A DNA stretch of 64,000 nucleotides from NCBI RefSeq assembly GCF_902713615.1, contig NW_024055490.1:591262-655261 (forward strand), written 5' to 3'. The translations under genes were made by a program, and so were the position numbers. Under the pieces are notes generated by a model. That model saw nothing but the letters and a program-made list of their open reading frames with translations. It did no database searches and was not told the origin of the DNA. Of this stretch, positions 36,831 through 51,211 are shown piece by piece (position 1 is the stretch's first letter; each line of letters begins with the position of its first letter). The stretch is from Scyliorhinus canicula. Lineage: Eukaryota.

Positions 36831-37379
36831 GTCCAGCTCACCTCATTGACCCCCTGTTGTGTTTGTTTTGCAGGCCGGGGGGCAGGAATGTTGAGGTGAG
36901 AATGAGATCAGCCACAATCCAATTGAATGCTGAGCAGGCTCGAGGGGCCGAGTGTCCTGTTCCTAGTCTGTATGTAAAAGGTACAGGAGATATGAGGTGA
37001 TATGAGATCTATGTTTTTACACAGCGACCGGCAACGACCTGAAACCTGCTGCCTATGAGTGAGTTTGAAAATAGACACAATGAATCGTTTGGTTTCAAAA
37101 GGAAATTGGACAGACATCTGAGGGAAATAAACCTGCAAGGATACAGGGATAGAGCAGGAGAATGGGACCGACTGGATTGCTCCAGAGAGCTAGCATGGAC
37201 TCAATGGACCGAATGCCCTTCTTTGTGCCATCATGTCTCTGACTCGTTTGTATAATCTAATTTTGTAATTTAATCCTCAGGTAAATCTGTGCTACACTCC
37301 CTCCGAGGCCATTCTATTCTTCCTCAGGTTTGTTGCCCAGAACTGAACACAGTTCTCCAGGTTTGGTCTAACCAGGATT

Positions 37380-37560
37380 TGTGAATCTCGGGGCTTTTCC
37401 AGTCACACTGAGACCTGAAATCTTCCCTCACAGACAGAACAGACAAACCTTTTACCTTCCACACCCAGATGCTGCTGAAATTCTGGTTCTGACTAATCGA
37501 GACTCTGTCAGATTGCGATGTGACGTTTGGTTAGCGTTTCACGTCTGTTAAACCTCCACT
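37380..37560 (-). pseudogene. Truncated ZNF exon remnant (duplicate of 23290-23480)
   Basis: Near-identical to 23290-23480, within a duplicated block. Confidence 0.6.
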
Positions 37561-37869
37561 TCCAGTATCCTGTAAATTTACAGAAACCTCAGTTTAGGAT
37601 AAAAATTCACAACATTCTCTCCTCGCCAACTTTGATTAAATGTCTTCCTGGAGTTTGATCACATGACCTGCCCCCATCCTCCAGCCATGAATCGATCAAC
37701 ACATCCATCCTTGTGACACACTGCCTTCCTCGGTCAATTGGGAAGCAAAAGGACTCCTTACCTTACAGGACAGTTACTGTCCTGATGATTTTCCAGACAT
37801 CCAGGTATGAATCTCACCAACACAGGGAGGGGAGTTGGTGTGAACTCGGGCAGGAGGAGCTTCGGAACA

Positions 37870-39290
37870 GTAAATATAAATAACTTACCTCAGAGTAAAG
37901 CTGATTGGCTGGTTGGGAATCTGTTCTAAATTTGAGAAACTGGAGTAATTAACTAAGTAGGGAGTAACTCGGATTTCAGTAACTAGGAGATTAGTAACAC
38001 GGAGATTGCTGTTTGTATCTATATCAACGATTTGGATGAGAATGTACAAGGCATGGTCAGTAAGTTTGCAGATGACACTAAAATAGGTGGTATTGTCGGC
38101 AGTGACAAAGGTTATCAAAAATTGCAGCAGGATCTTGATCAACTGGGGAAGTGGGCCGAGAAATGACAAATGGAGTTCAATACAGATAAGTGTGAGGTGT
38201 TGCATTTCAGAAAGTCAAATCAAGGTCGGACTTTCACAGTGAATTGTAGGGCCTTAGGGTGTATCATGGAACAGAGGGATCTTGGAGTTCATGTGCACGG
38301 TTCTTTAAAGGTGGAGTCACAGATAGACAGGGCAGCACGGTAGCATAGTGGTTGGCACAGTTGCTTCACAGCTTCAGGGTCCCAGGTTTGATTCCCAGCT
38401 GGGTCATTGTCTGTGTGGAGTCTGCACGCTCTCCCCGTGCCTGCATGTGTTCTTTGCTTTCCTCCCACAGTCTAAAGATGTGCGGGATAGGTGGACAGGC
38501 CATGCTAAATTACCCTTAGTGTCCAAAAAAAAGGTTAAGTGGGGTTTACTGGGTTACAGGGATAGGGTAGATAAGTGGGCTTACGTAGGATGCACTTTCT
38601 AAGGGCTATCCAGCTCTGGAAGACTCGACGGGCTGAATAGCCTCCATCTGCACTGCAAATTTTCTGAAGAAGGCTTTTGGCATGCTGGCCTTCATCAGTC
38701 AGGGCATTGAGTATACAAGTTGGGAAGTTATGTTGCAGTTGTACAGAACGTTGGTGAGGTCGCACCTGGAGTATGGTGTTCAGTTTTGGCTGCGTTGCTA
38801 TCGGAAACATGTTATTAAACTGGAGAGAGTGCAGAAGGGATTTACAAGGACGTTGCCAGGACTCAAGAGACTGAGTGAAAGGGAGAGATTCGACAGACCA
38901 GGACCTTTATCTTTGGAGCGTAGGGGACTGAGGGGTGATCTTATAGAGGTGTATAAGATCATGAGAGGCATGGATAGGGTGAATGCACTCAGTCTTTTTC
39001 TCAGGGTTAGGGAATCGAGAACTAAAGGGCATATGTTTAGGTTAAGGCGGAAAAGAATTAAGGGGAATCTGAGGAGCAATGGTTTTACACAGAGGATAGT
39101 ACAGAATGAGCTGGCGGAGGAAGGAGTTGAGGCAGGGCCATTGCCAACACTGAAAAGGCATTTGGACAGATACATGGATAGGAAAGGTTCAGAGGGATAT
39201 GGGCCAAATACAGGCCAATGGGATTGACTCAGATGAGCTTTTTGGTTGGCATGGACCAGTTTGGGCTGAAGGGCCCGTCTCCATACCATA
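37870..39290 (+). mobile_element. CR1 RT C-terminal part and 3' end, with SINE insertion at about 38333-38665
   Basis: FADDTKIGG-like and LAFISQGIEY..MLQLYRTLVRSHLEYGVQFW motifs. Confidence 0.85.
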
Positions 39291-40271
39291 GATTCTATGA
39301 ACCCCAAGTCTCTTTGGACACCCACTGTACTGAACCTGTTTCCATTTAGAAAGTACTCAGTTCTATCCTTTTTCAGTTCAAAACAGATAACCTCACACTT
39401 GTGTATAATGCCACAATCTTGCCCATTCACCTTGTCTGTCAGTCAATATCTTCTTGCAATTTAATGCAATCATCTATGCAGTCTATGATGGCACCAAACT
39501 TTGTATCATCAGCAACTCAGAGGGGCTGGTTTAGCACACTGGGCTAAATCGCTGGCTTTTAAAGCAGACCAAGGCAGGCCAGCAGCACAGTTCAATTCCC
39601 GGACCAGCCTCCCCGAACAGGTGCCGGAATGTGGGGCTTTTCACAGTAACTTCATTTGAAGCCTACTTGTGACAATAAGCGATTTTCATTTCATTTCATT
39701 CACAGTGCAAAAGAGGCCCTTCCGTCCATCAAATTTGCACCGACACGTGATAAACGTGACCCACCTACCAAATCCCATTTGCCAGCACTTGGCTCATAGC
39801 CTTCAATGTTATGACTTCCCTGTCTTCATCCAGGTACTTTTTTTAGAGGATGTGAGGCAACCCGTCTCTGTCACCCTCCGAAGGCTGTACATTCCAGACC
39901 GTCACCACCCTCTGGATATAAATATTTTTCCTCAGTACCTGTGTCAATGAATCTAATCCCCACTCTCTGCTGGTTAGCCAATCCTCTATCCGAGCTAATA
40001 TATCATCTCTCAACCCCGTGGGATTTTACGTTGATTATTACCTTTTGTGTGACACCTTATCAAACATATTCTGGGAGTCCAAATACATCTACAGGACCCC
40101 ATTATCCACTTGGCTTGTTACATCTTCCAAGAACTGCAAGAAATGAATCAAACACAATCTACCCTTCACAAAACCACACTCACTCTGATGGAGAGAAGTC
40201 GGAAGTGACGATCAGTGAGAGTGGAGAATCTTCATTGTTCGGCACTGGGGATTAGTAAACCCCGCCCCCCA

Positions 40272-40451
40272 ACACCGACCTCTCACCTGACACCGACCTC
40301 TCACCTGACACCGACCTCTCACCTGACACCGACCTCTCACCTGACACCGACCTCTCACCTGACACCGACCTCTCACCTGACACCGACCTCTCACCTGACA
40401 CCGACCTCTCACCTGACACCGACCTCTCACCTGACACCGACCTCTCACCTG
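40272..40451. repeat. Perfect 18-bp tandem repeat x10
   Basis: (ACACCGACCTCTCACCTG)10; on the minus strand each unit contains CAG/GTGAG. Confidence 0.95.
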
Positions 40452-40459
40452 ACACCTCA

Positions 40460-40940
40460 CAATGCCCGGCAATGATTGACGGCATCGCGCGACCAATAGT
40501 GGAGTCGGCGGGTTCGGGCGTACATGGCGGGAGTGACTGGTCCTCCAAGAAATCGGAGGTGAATCAGGGGCGGGACTGAACCGAGTGAAAAGGTTCTTTC
40601 TCGGATCCATAATCAGTGACGGTGGGAATGGCGGGTCGGACGGAGAGCTGGATCATGCGGGTTGATAGGCACGCTTCGCAAACATGTTATGTAAACCGAA
40701 CATCTGACAAAATAAACCACTGATACCTGGGGATTGAGCAGAGGTTGCAGCTTTGTTACGGAAAAGACTATGCAGCCGTCATCTTTATTTGGTGCTCGCA
40801 ACGCTACGCATGCGCCCTCGGCATCATTATTTGGCTCACTCGCGGCAGTGCGCACGCGCACCCACCATCTTTATTGGGGCACGAGCAGCAGAGCGCAGGC
40901 TCAGTCGCCATCATTGTTGGGGGCAACATTTTTTAAACGT
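40460..40940. promoter_or_regulatory. CpG promoter-like region between divergent ZNF remnants
   Basis: Inverted copy of the CCAAT/GC/TGATTGAC module (40460-40590), repeated CCATCTTT (YY1-like) and GCATGCGC/GCGCACGCGC motifs. Confidence 0.6.
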
Positions 40941-42623
40941 GTCTTCCTGACAGACTGTTTCACTCTGACTTACAAATTCTTATTTATGGGGCAGAATATA
41001 TGTCGAGGGCAGTGACCATAATTCGAATTTATATTATGACTTGAACAGAATACAACTTTTAAGACTTTCAGAGAAACGTCACAAAATAACAATTGACGCT
41101 GAGCCACATGAGGAGATATTAGGTTTTAAGGAGAATCTTAATGGAGGACATTGAGTCAGAGAGTGGGAGAGTTTTAAGGAGGAAATTCCAGAAATTGAGG
41201 CCTTGGCAACTCAGTAATGGTTTAGAGATTAAAATCAGGAATTCTCAAGTGGCTGGAATTAAATGAGTGCAGAGATCTCAAAGAGGTGTGTGTGGAGGAG
41301 ATTACAGTGATCTGGCTGATCACTACCATGGAGGAAAAGAAGAATGAGAAATTAAAACTTTTTTGTGCCTTTTAAAAGGAAACATTTGCAGATCAGTGGG
41401 ACAGGGGCAGGTATGAGTAAGCACTTGGGTAGCAGAGTTTGGGATGGGATGGAGGGGGTTGTTTAATGTTGGGGTCCGACGGCGAGTGCGTTGGAATAAT
41501 TTGGTTGAGAGGTAACAGAAGAATGGATGATGGTTTCTGCAGCAGATGAACAGAGACTAAGGTGAAGTAGAGCTATGTTCCTGAGGTGGAAATCGGCAAT
41601 CTTGGTGATGATGTGGATATGTGGTTAAGAGCTCATCTAGGGGTGAAACATTTGACAGGAATGAAATTGGTAACAAGGGAGTGGAGTTTGTAGAGGGGAT
41701 GAAAGGGAATGGGTTCAGTCTTCTCAATATTTAAATGGAGGAAAGTTCTGCTCATCCAGCACTGAATGTCGGACAAGGTCAGAGAGTGTGTGGCTTGGAA
41801 AGGAACTTGCAGGTGGTGATGTTCACATACATCTGCTGTCCTGCTCCATCCAGGTGGTGGAGGTTAAGTGTTTTGGAGATTCTGTCAAATTGTGATTCAG
41901 TTGTTGCTTCATTGCTTCCTGTTACCCTCACTCCGTTCTCTCTCCCTTTCCATCAATCTATTTGATTCCTCTTTCCCACTACTCACTCTCTTTCTCTCTC
42001 ACTCTGTTTCTCACAATAATTATCTAGCCCAGAGGGTTGTGGATGATCATAATAATCATTATTTTCACAAATAGGCTTCCATTAACACTGCAGTGAAGTT
42101 ACTGTGACCATCATTGAATATATTTAAGGCTGAGATGGTGAGATTTTGGTCTCTCAGGAAGTCAAAGGATATAGAAAGCTAACAGGAAAGTAGAATTGAA
42201 GACTGAGATCAACGACAATCGTGTTCAATGGCAGAGCAGATTTTACGGGCCGAATGGTCTACTTGTGCTCCTATTTCTTGTGTTCTTGCAGAAGCTCGAA
42301 TCTTGTGTGGGTTCAGTCCGGGTGGCAGGTTCCCTTCCCTGAAGGACATTAACAAACTGGTTCACTTTTCACAAAGATTCAACAGTTTTCGCGGTCACTT
42401 TTTTCCCAGTGCTGCCCACAAGTGACCAGGTTCATTCAGCTCAATTTCACAAGCTGCCTTTGTGTTTTGTGGGATCTCTCTCACTCCCTTTTTTCTGTTT
42501 TAAATCAATTTCACAGGGTATCAGCAGGGAAGGATGTGCAATTGAAAAACTCCAACCAAACACCACATCAAAATTTGACAGTCGTGTAACTGATCGGAAC
42601 CTGAATATCATCAGATTTTGAAC

Positions 42624-43935
<1,312 letters not shown>

Positions 43936-45539
43936 GAATGGTTCAAGCTGGCACTTGTACTCAGATTCCCCAGTACAGACACCCTTCACTTTAAAAATAC
44001 ATTTCATTCAGACATAAGAGAAACCATCACCGGTTCCCTCGCTGTCCGCCACCCCCCCCCCCCCCCCACGCCTCACCACACACACACACAAATACCCCGC
44101 AGGCCCAGAGAGACAGTGGGAGTCCAAAACATTGTTGTACAGTCTGATTGATATTTCATATGAGCTTTTTTCCGTTCCATAGAATCCCTTCAGTGCAGAA
44201 CGAGGCCATTCGGCCCATCAAGTCTGCACTGACCCTCCAATACGGCACCCCACTCCTCCACGCTATACCCTGAGACCCACCTAACCTTTGGACACTCAGA
44301 GGAAATCTTTTTAAATGGCCAATCCACCTCACCTGCGCTAACCACAGTCTTTGGACTGTGGGAGGAAACCGGGGCACCCGGAAGGAACCCATGCAGACAC
44401 AGGGAGGAAGTGCAAACTCTACACAGTCACCCAAGGGCGGAATCAAAACCCCCTCCCTCTGATCTCCAGTCAGCATCTGTTCGAATGAAAACAGCCCCAG
44501 TTTCTCTAATCCCTCCTGGTAACTAAAGCCTCTCTTCCCTGGGATCATCTCATTGAATCTCTTCTACACCCTCTCCATGGCCTTGACATCCTTCCTGGTG
44601 TAAGATCCCCCAAAACCTGATCTAATATTCCAACTGCAGCCGAGCCAATGATTTGTACAGATTTACATGACCTCTGTCCTTTTGTACTCACACCCAGAAT
44701 TATAAAACCTTGGATCCATGTGTTTTTTAAACTCTTTATCAACTTGTCCTCTCATACTTCAACATTGAGTATCTGAACTACTTTTAGGGTTTTGGAGATA
44801 TTAACCTAACATGGCTGAATACATTGACATCCAATGTCTGATATAATGTGTGTTATGGGAGAGAGAAGTTTTAGTCTCTGTTAGAAACTCAAGCAGGCGC
44901 TTCACTGCAGACAAGGTCACCGTGGAAACGCTGATAAGACATTCCATTCCACAGAATCCACTTATTGGAAACTCTAATCGGATTGGGGAGAGGACAGAGT
45001 TTGTCTGTTATTAACCTCAACATAAACTTAAACCAGAGTGAATAATGGAACAGATTAAATTCTTTTTTTTTTTTAATTTAGAGTACCCAATTATTTTTTC
45101 CAATTAAGGGGCAATTTAGCGTGGCCAATTCACCTAATCTGCACATCTTTGGGTTGTGGGGGCGAAACCCACGCAGACACGGGGAGAATGTGCAAACTCC
45201 ACACGGACAGTGACCCAGGGTCGGGATTCGAACCCGGGTCCTCAGCGCCGTAGGCAGCAATGCTAACCACTGTGCCACCGTGCTGCCCTAAACAGATTAA
45301 ATTCTAATGTGTAATATTTATAGCTACAGTAATGGAATTAACAGTAATAATAGAATTAACAGGCAGGGTAGTTTAGGGAAAATGAGGAAATTACTGCAGA
45401 AACGTAACTGCTGGGAACCAAGAATGTGTCCTTGTAAATCACAGATTAGAGAAATTCCTGCTGTCTTTTCCTGCATGAACTGTGTTCTGTACTGGCCACC
45501 AAATTTCAGGAAAGATACATTGCACTTGGTAACAGTCCT

Positions 45540-45782
45540 GTACAGATTGACCACGATGAAGTGAGGCTGCTGAACTGAGTAAATCTCTTCCCCCACACAC
45601 GGAGAACATTAACGGTCGCTCCTCCGTGTGAACATGTCGATGAATCTTCAAGTCTGATTAAATCTATTCCACAATCCCCAGATTTCCAAGGTTTCTTCCA
45701 GCGTGACTACATATCGTTCAAAAGGTCAGACCATCGGCTAAAACATCATCCACATTCCGAACACGGGAACTGTTTCTCCCAC
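45540..45782 (-). pseudogene. Highly degenerate C2H2 ZNF remnant
   Basis: KIHRHVHTEERPLMFSVCGG.. peptide with decayed finger spacing. Confidence 0.55.
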
Positions 45783-47489
45783 ATTGAACAGGGTCTTTGA
45801 ACAAAGAACAATACAGCACAGGAACAGGCCCTTCAGCCCTCCAAGCCTGTACCGGTCATGATACCAACCTTTGCCAAAACCTTCAGCACTTCCTTGTACC
45901 GTATCCCTATACCAATCTTATCCATGTGTTTGTCAAGATGCATTTTGAACGCCGTTCATGTATCTGCTTCCATAACCTCTCCTGGCAATGCGTTCCAGGC
46001 ACTCACCACCCTCTGCGTAAAAAGAATCTGCCTCGCACATCTCCTCTAAACTTTGCCCCAGGGACCATAAACCTATGCCCCTGGTGACTGACCCCTCCAC
46101 CCTGCCTGCCCATCCCACTCTATCCATGCCCCTCATAATCTTGTGGACCTCTTTCAAATCACCACTCTTGAATACGATGGGAATAGAGGGATACGGACCC
46201 AGAAATTGGAGAAGATTTTAGTTTAGACGGGCAGCATGGTCGGCACTGGCTTGGAGGGCCGAAGGGCCTGTTCCTGTGCTGCACTTTTCTTTGGCTTTGT
46301 ATCAACAGCTTCATGAGTGACTGAAGAGACTGGATTCTGCTGTTATTGCTGCTGTTAATCACATACAAGATCGATAGTCTTACAATATTTGGTTTATTTC
46401 TGCTGATATCAACAACCCCTATAACTGGCTGCAGTTTAATATTCTGGATTTGTCATTGATTTTGGGGCTGCAGTGTCTCTTTTTAAAAACATCTTTCCTC
46501 TTTATTCAAGATCTTTCCCAGGAACACACTTGCTATAGCATTGTGAACTTTTAATTTAATCTGAAATAGTTTTTGGTGAAAAATCTATAATTCAGTTTCT
46601 GAAACATTCTACTAATTTCCAATTGGTAAATGCTGATTAATCCTTGCTGACAATTCTTTCTGACTTACACATTCTTCACTATAACACCACCATTATGAAA
46701 TTAAATTATCAACATGAAATAAAATTGTAAAATATTTCACAGGTTCATGAATAGAAACTTAATCAATCAACATTATCATTGATGAAGTTTGGAAGTTGCT
46801 GAATTGAATCATTTCTGACACAGCAGCAGCAACATTTGGTAAAGGTGGAACCCACAACAAAGACTGGTTTGAGACCCACTCAGCAGAGATGACATCTGTC
46901 ATTGAAGCAAAAAGCAAAGCCGACCCGATGTCCAACATAAACCCAAGAGCTAGAACAGTGCATCACTTGGGACTTGAACATTGCCAAAACCATGATGTAA
47001 ATGATGGAGATGCTGTGCAAATAAACACTGGATCAGCCTGCATCAAGGAATCTGAAACCAAAGATGGTTTCATATTTCTTTTGGTTTCAGATTCCAGCAT
47101 CTGCAGTAATTTGCTTTTATCAAAGAATCTGAACTGTCTTTGATTATGGATTATTAGTTTTTTTAAATTTAGAGTAGCCAATTCATTTTTTCCAATTAAT
47201 GGGCAATTTAGCATAGCCAATCCACCTACCTTGCACATTTTTGGGATGTAGGAGCGAAACCCACGCAAACACTCCACATGGACAGTGACCAGGAGCCAGG
47301 ATCGAACCAGAGACCTCGGCGCTATGAGGGAGTAGTGCGAACCACTGTGCCATCGTGCTGACCTGATTATGGATTGTGGTGAAGTTCTCACCAACAAATG
47401 TAAATATGTCCCGCTTGGGTTGAACACAATTGTGAGCTGTACTCCTGTGAGACGGACACCTCCCAGTCTCTTTTACTCTCCTGTAGCTT

Positions 47490-47620
47490 CCTGTCATGGT
47501 TGAGTTGGACAAGGAATCCTCATCACTTGAATTGGGAAAGGCCATTGATTGTTGAGAAGGCAGAAAGGCACCCGGCAAGGATGGAATTCCAGCTGAACTG
47601 CTCAAACACAGAAAGTACCA
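47490..47620 (+). mobile_element. RTE-clade LINE fragment
   Basis: ELDKESSSLELGKAIDC*EGRKAPGKDGIPAELLK resembles the RTE pre-RT motif. Confidence 0.55.
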
Positions 47621-48839
47621 TTGACTGTCACACCTTCATGACCTGCTCCTCCTCTATTGTTAGGTTGTCGGCTGCTCCTCATTTCAAGGATGACATCTAC
47701 TCAGTCATGTGTTTCTCTTGTGGTCTATCTGCGATTAGAGAAGGTGTGTCTCAACCCACAAATCTTTGGCAGAGATCCCTCTCTGCCTCTTCATTGAGGC
47801 GTTGGAAATCAAAAGTAATAATAATAATAATCTTTGTTATTGTCACAAGTAGGCTTACATTATCACTGCAATGAGGTTACTGCGAATATGCCCTAGTCGC
47901 CATACTCCGGCGCCTGCTCGGGTGAATTTAGAATGACCTATTTACCTAACAAGCTAGTCTTTCAGGGAGAATGAGCAGACTGCACAGACAGTAACCCAAG
48001 CAGGAATCAAACCTGGGAAGCTGGCGCTGTGAAGCAACAGTGCTAACCACTGTGCTACCATGCCATCAAAATGATGCAGTTTGATTGGCACGCTGTCACG
48101 ATAGTGACTGATTGGCAGCATACTCTTGCCAGTCATTATGGTCAATGCTTATTACATAAGTAGGGAATGAACAGCAGTGGAGTAAATTCAGAGACAGAGA
48201 AGGCAGCACCCTTTCAGCATTGTTTCTCCAGAGTTATTAAAGCTTCGATTGTCTCACATGAAAGAAACACAGGTTCAGGTGCTGATGGAGATCCTAGTGC
48301 ATCCTCAGCCACCAACAGTAATTCTATATAAAATCGAGGACTTGAAATATGTGAAGATGTGATTGATAAGGTTGCAGATGGAAAATCATTGGTGTGGCAA
48401 CTAGCGAGGACAAAATCCTTAGATTAGGGGATGATACAGATGGGCTAGTCGTGTGCAGAACAGTGGCAAATGGAATTTAACGAGGAAAAGTGGTAGCACT
48501 TGTCCAGAGTCAGTGCAGACATGATGTGCCGAGTGACTTCCACCTGTACTGGATCATTCTAGAAAACACTGAACCTTCAGTATCACGAGCAAAAGAGAAG
48601 ATGGAGGATTTACTGATTCTGCGATGCAACTCAGCAAGAGTTTGCGTCTTCTGGGGAAGAGAGAGGAAGGACCCATTGGGGTCTGAATTGTTCCAAGGGA
48701 GAGCAGCATTCAATCATTTTGACATCGACAATCATTTGCGAGAGTATTTTGATCCCTCGGTAATCAAGTTATTTTGTATTTACTGTTTACAGTTTCAATG
48801 GTGCGGGTATTACCCGTCATTCCATGCGGCTGTGAATGT

Positions 48840-49200
48840 GCCCTATTCACTCCACAGGAGCACAGTGCGCAGACGCAATACTGGGCTGTATCTGGAGCAT
48901 GCGCAGTGTCACTTTACTGGGAGGTTTGCGAGTGCAGGAGCGGCTGTTTGGGGCGGTGAGAGTCGGTGAGGCGGAGGGAGGAATGGAGCCGGGAGTCGGG
49001 GTGGGGAGGGAGTGAAGGCTTCATAAACACCCCCTGCTGCTCACAAGGCCGGAATAAGACCCTGCAAATCCCGAGTTTGCAGCTGCGGAGCTTTTATCCG
49101 GTATCAGGCCCAGTTTCCCGGCCGCCATCTTTGTTTAGCGGAGCGGCTGAGGAGCCATCTCGATGACGTAACAGAGGCGGTGCTTCAGCATCCCGGTGAC
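48840..49200. promoter_or_regulatory. CpG promoter-like region upstream of ZNF-E
   Basis: GAGCATGCGCAGT, GCCGCCATCTTT (YY1-like, about 49120) and GATGACGTAA. Confidence 0.5.
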
Positions 49201-49505
49201 CAGGAGAGAAAATCATTGTGTCGATGATTGACAGGCCCCTCCAGAGGGGAAAGGTGCTGCTGCCATGTATGGCAATCCGAAGAACAGAAGAATAATAACA
49301 TCAGAATTAGCAGCAGGGACTGGCCATGCGGCCTATTGACCCTGCTCTGCCATTCAATAAAGGCATGGCTGATCCGAATGTGCCCTTAATTACATTTTCC
49401 TGCCTTCCCCCAGAAACCTTTGACTCCCCCGTAGATTAAAAAAAGACTAAATTAGCTTTGAGTATATTCAGTGACCCAGTGCCACTACTCTCTGGGAAAG
49501 AGAAT

Positions 49506-49518
49506 NNNNNNNNNNNNN
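49506..49518. other. Assembly gap (13 N)
   Basis: N run immediately before the ZNF-E coding sequence. Confidence 0.99.
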
Positions 49519-50241
49519 GGATTCAAATTCCCATCAGGACTAGAAATTCATCAACGCAGTCACACTGGGGAGAAACCATTCATTTGCTGTGTGTGTGGGA
49601 ATGGATTTGCTGATTCATTTAGACTGGTGTCACACCAGCGAATTCACACTGGAGAGAAACCGTACATTTGCTCACAGTGTGGGAAGAGCTTCCGGTCTTT
49701 ATCCAACCTCACTGAACATCTACGGGTTCACACTGGGGAGAGACCATTCCACTGCTCTGAGTGTGGGCAGAGATTCACTTGTTCTTCCCACCTCACTGAT
49801 CACAAGCGTGTCCACACTGGTGAGAGGCCATTTGTCTGCTCCGTGTGTGGGAAGGGATTTATTAAATCAGCGAACCTTCTTGGACACCAGCGTACTCACA
49901 CTGAAGAGAAAGCATTCACCTGCACTGAGTGTGGGAAGAGTTTCACTCGTTCATCTAGTCTTCGGGATCACCAGCGAGTTCACACTGGGGAGAAACCCTT
50001 TACCTACGCTGAATGTGGGAAGGGATTTGCTTTGAAATCGCAGCTTCGGTCACATACACTTGTTCACACTAATGAGAGACCATTTCAATGTTCTGACTGT
50101 GAGAAGAGCTTTAAAAGTGGAAGTGATTTGACAAAACACCAGCGAATCCATTCTGGGGAGAAGCCATTCACCTGCCCTGTGTGCAATAGAGGATTCACTC
50201 AGCCATCTGCTCGTCTGAAACATCAGAGAGTTCACTTGTGA
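49519..50241 (+). CDS. C2H2 zinc-finger protein ZNF-E, 5'-incomplete (8 fingers + 1 partial; one C->Y)
   Basis: Open frame from the gap to TGA; heterogeneous fingers. Confidence 0.75.
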   Translation, partial: GFKFPSGLEIHQRSHTGEKPFICCVCGNGFADSFRLVSHQRIHTGEKPYICSQCGKSFRSLSNLTEHLRVHTGERPFHCSECGQRFTCSSHLTDHKRVHTGERPFVCSVCGKGFIKSANLLGHQRTHTEEKAFTCTECGKSFTRSSSLRDHQRVHTGEKPFTYAECGKGFALKSQLRSHTLVHTNERPFQCSDCEKSFKSGSDLTKHQRIHSGEKPFTCPVCNRGFTQPSARLKHQRVHL

Positions 50242-50773
50242 TTACAGGGATTTGATTCCTACACCAAGGAATGAACAATGTTCATTCTGACAGTTCAGAT
50301 TTTATTTCCATTGATGTTAAACTCCAGCCCAGTGAAAGGAATTAATAGAATGGACATGAATTATGTTGGACATGAATTGTATTAAACACCCAGTATTGGG
50401 AGTCCTTGATTTCTCTAAGATAAGAGGAGACTGATTGATGTCCTCTTACCGACTGTTCCATTGTTGGGTCTTTTCTCCTTTGTTAATGGAAGACTTGTAT
50501 TTATGTAGCGCCTTTCACAACTTCAGGATGGCCCAACGTGCTTTACAGCCAATGAGGTTCTTTTGAATTGTAGTCACTGTTGTAATGTAGGAAATGCAGC
50601 AGCCAGATTGTGTACAACAGGCTCCAACAAACACAAATAAGATGGACTTCCGGTTGGGGCCATGCTTGGCTAGGTCGCACGTTCGGTAGCTCCCGCCAAG
50701 AACGGACTTTTGGGCCCTTTTGAGGAGCCCCAGCGGCACTTGTACGACGGCTCCCAGTGTGGGAAGATGATAG

Positions 50774-51211
50774 TGAGAGTTTGGCTCGAGATAGAATCAG
50801 AGATTGATGGGAAATGGAATGTCAAGGTTTGTGTAAAATGTCTATGTGCCTTGTGAGATGAATTGCTTCTGTGTTCGGCTTGGTACGGCCTTATCGCGAT
50901 CCTGGCTGTGACTGTCTGCAATAACGAGACGCAGCTGGGGAATGGGTTACTCCTTCTGAAGATAAAAATTGCCATGCTATGTAACTAATGAATTAACTGT
51001 GTGACTATTGAGACAAAGAAGTAAATGTATGAAGGAGGGCTTTGAGGGATTTTGTACAAGTATATAATTAACTGTACCTGTAAGAAAATTGCCTTCACTT
51101 GCTGTAACCCAGAGTTAACAGTGGTGCAGCCCCGCGGTGAATAAAAGAATCATTGAAGTAATCTGCTGTTCGACTGATACTTGCATCCGGACTGAAGTTT
51201 AGGAACTTTCA
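50774..51211 (+). mobile_element. Solo LTR (438 bp) inserted in the L1-C 5' UTR
   Basis: TGAGAG...CTTTCA termini, 4-bp TSD ATAG (50770-50773 and 51212-51215), TATATAA at 51061, AATAAA at 51140. Confidence 0.85.

Noticed and set aside
40272-40451. CRISPR-like regular repeat
   Set aside because: No spacers: a pure head-to-tail VNTR in a eukaryotic genome.
45796-46295. Inverted CR1 3' ends forming a potential hairpin
   Set aside because: Explained by two abundant CR1 tails in opposite orientation; nothing specific beyond repeat density.
49471-49518. ORF-track start of ZNF-E (MTQCHYSLGKR)
   Set aside because: Lies in CR1-like sequence before an N gap of unknown true size, so the frame join is arbitrary.
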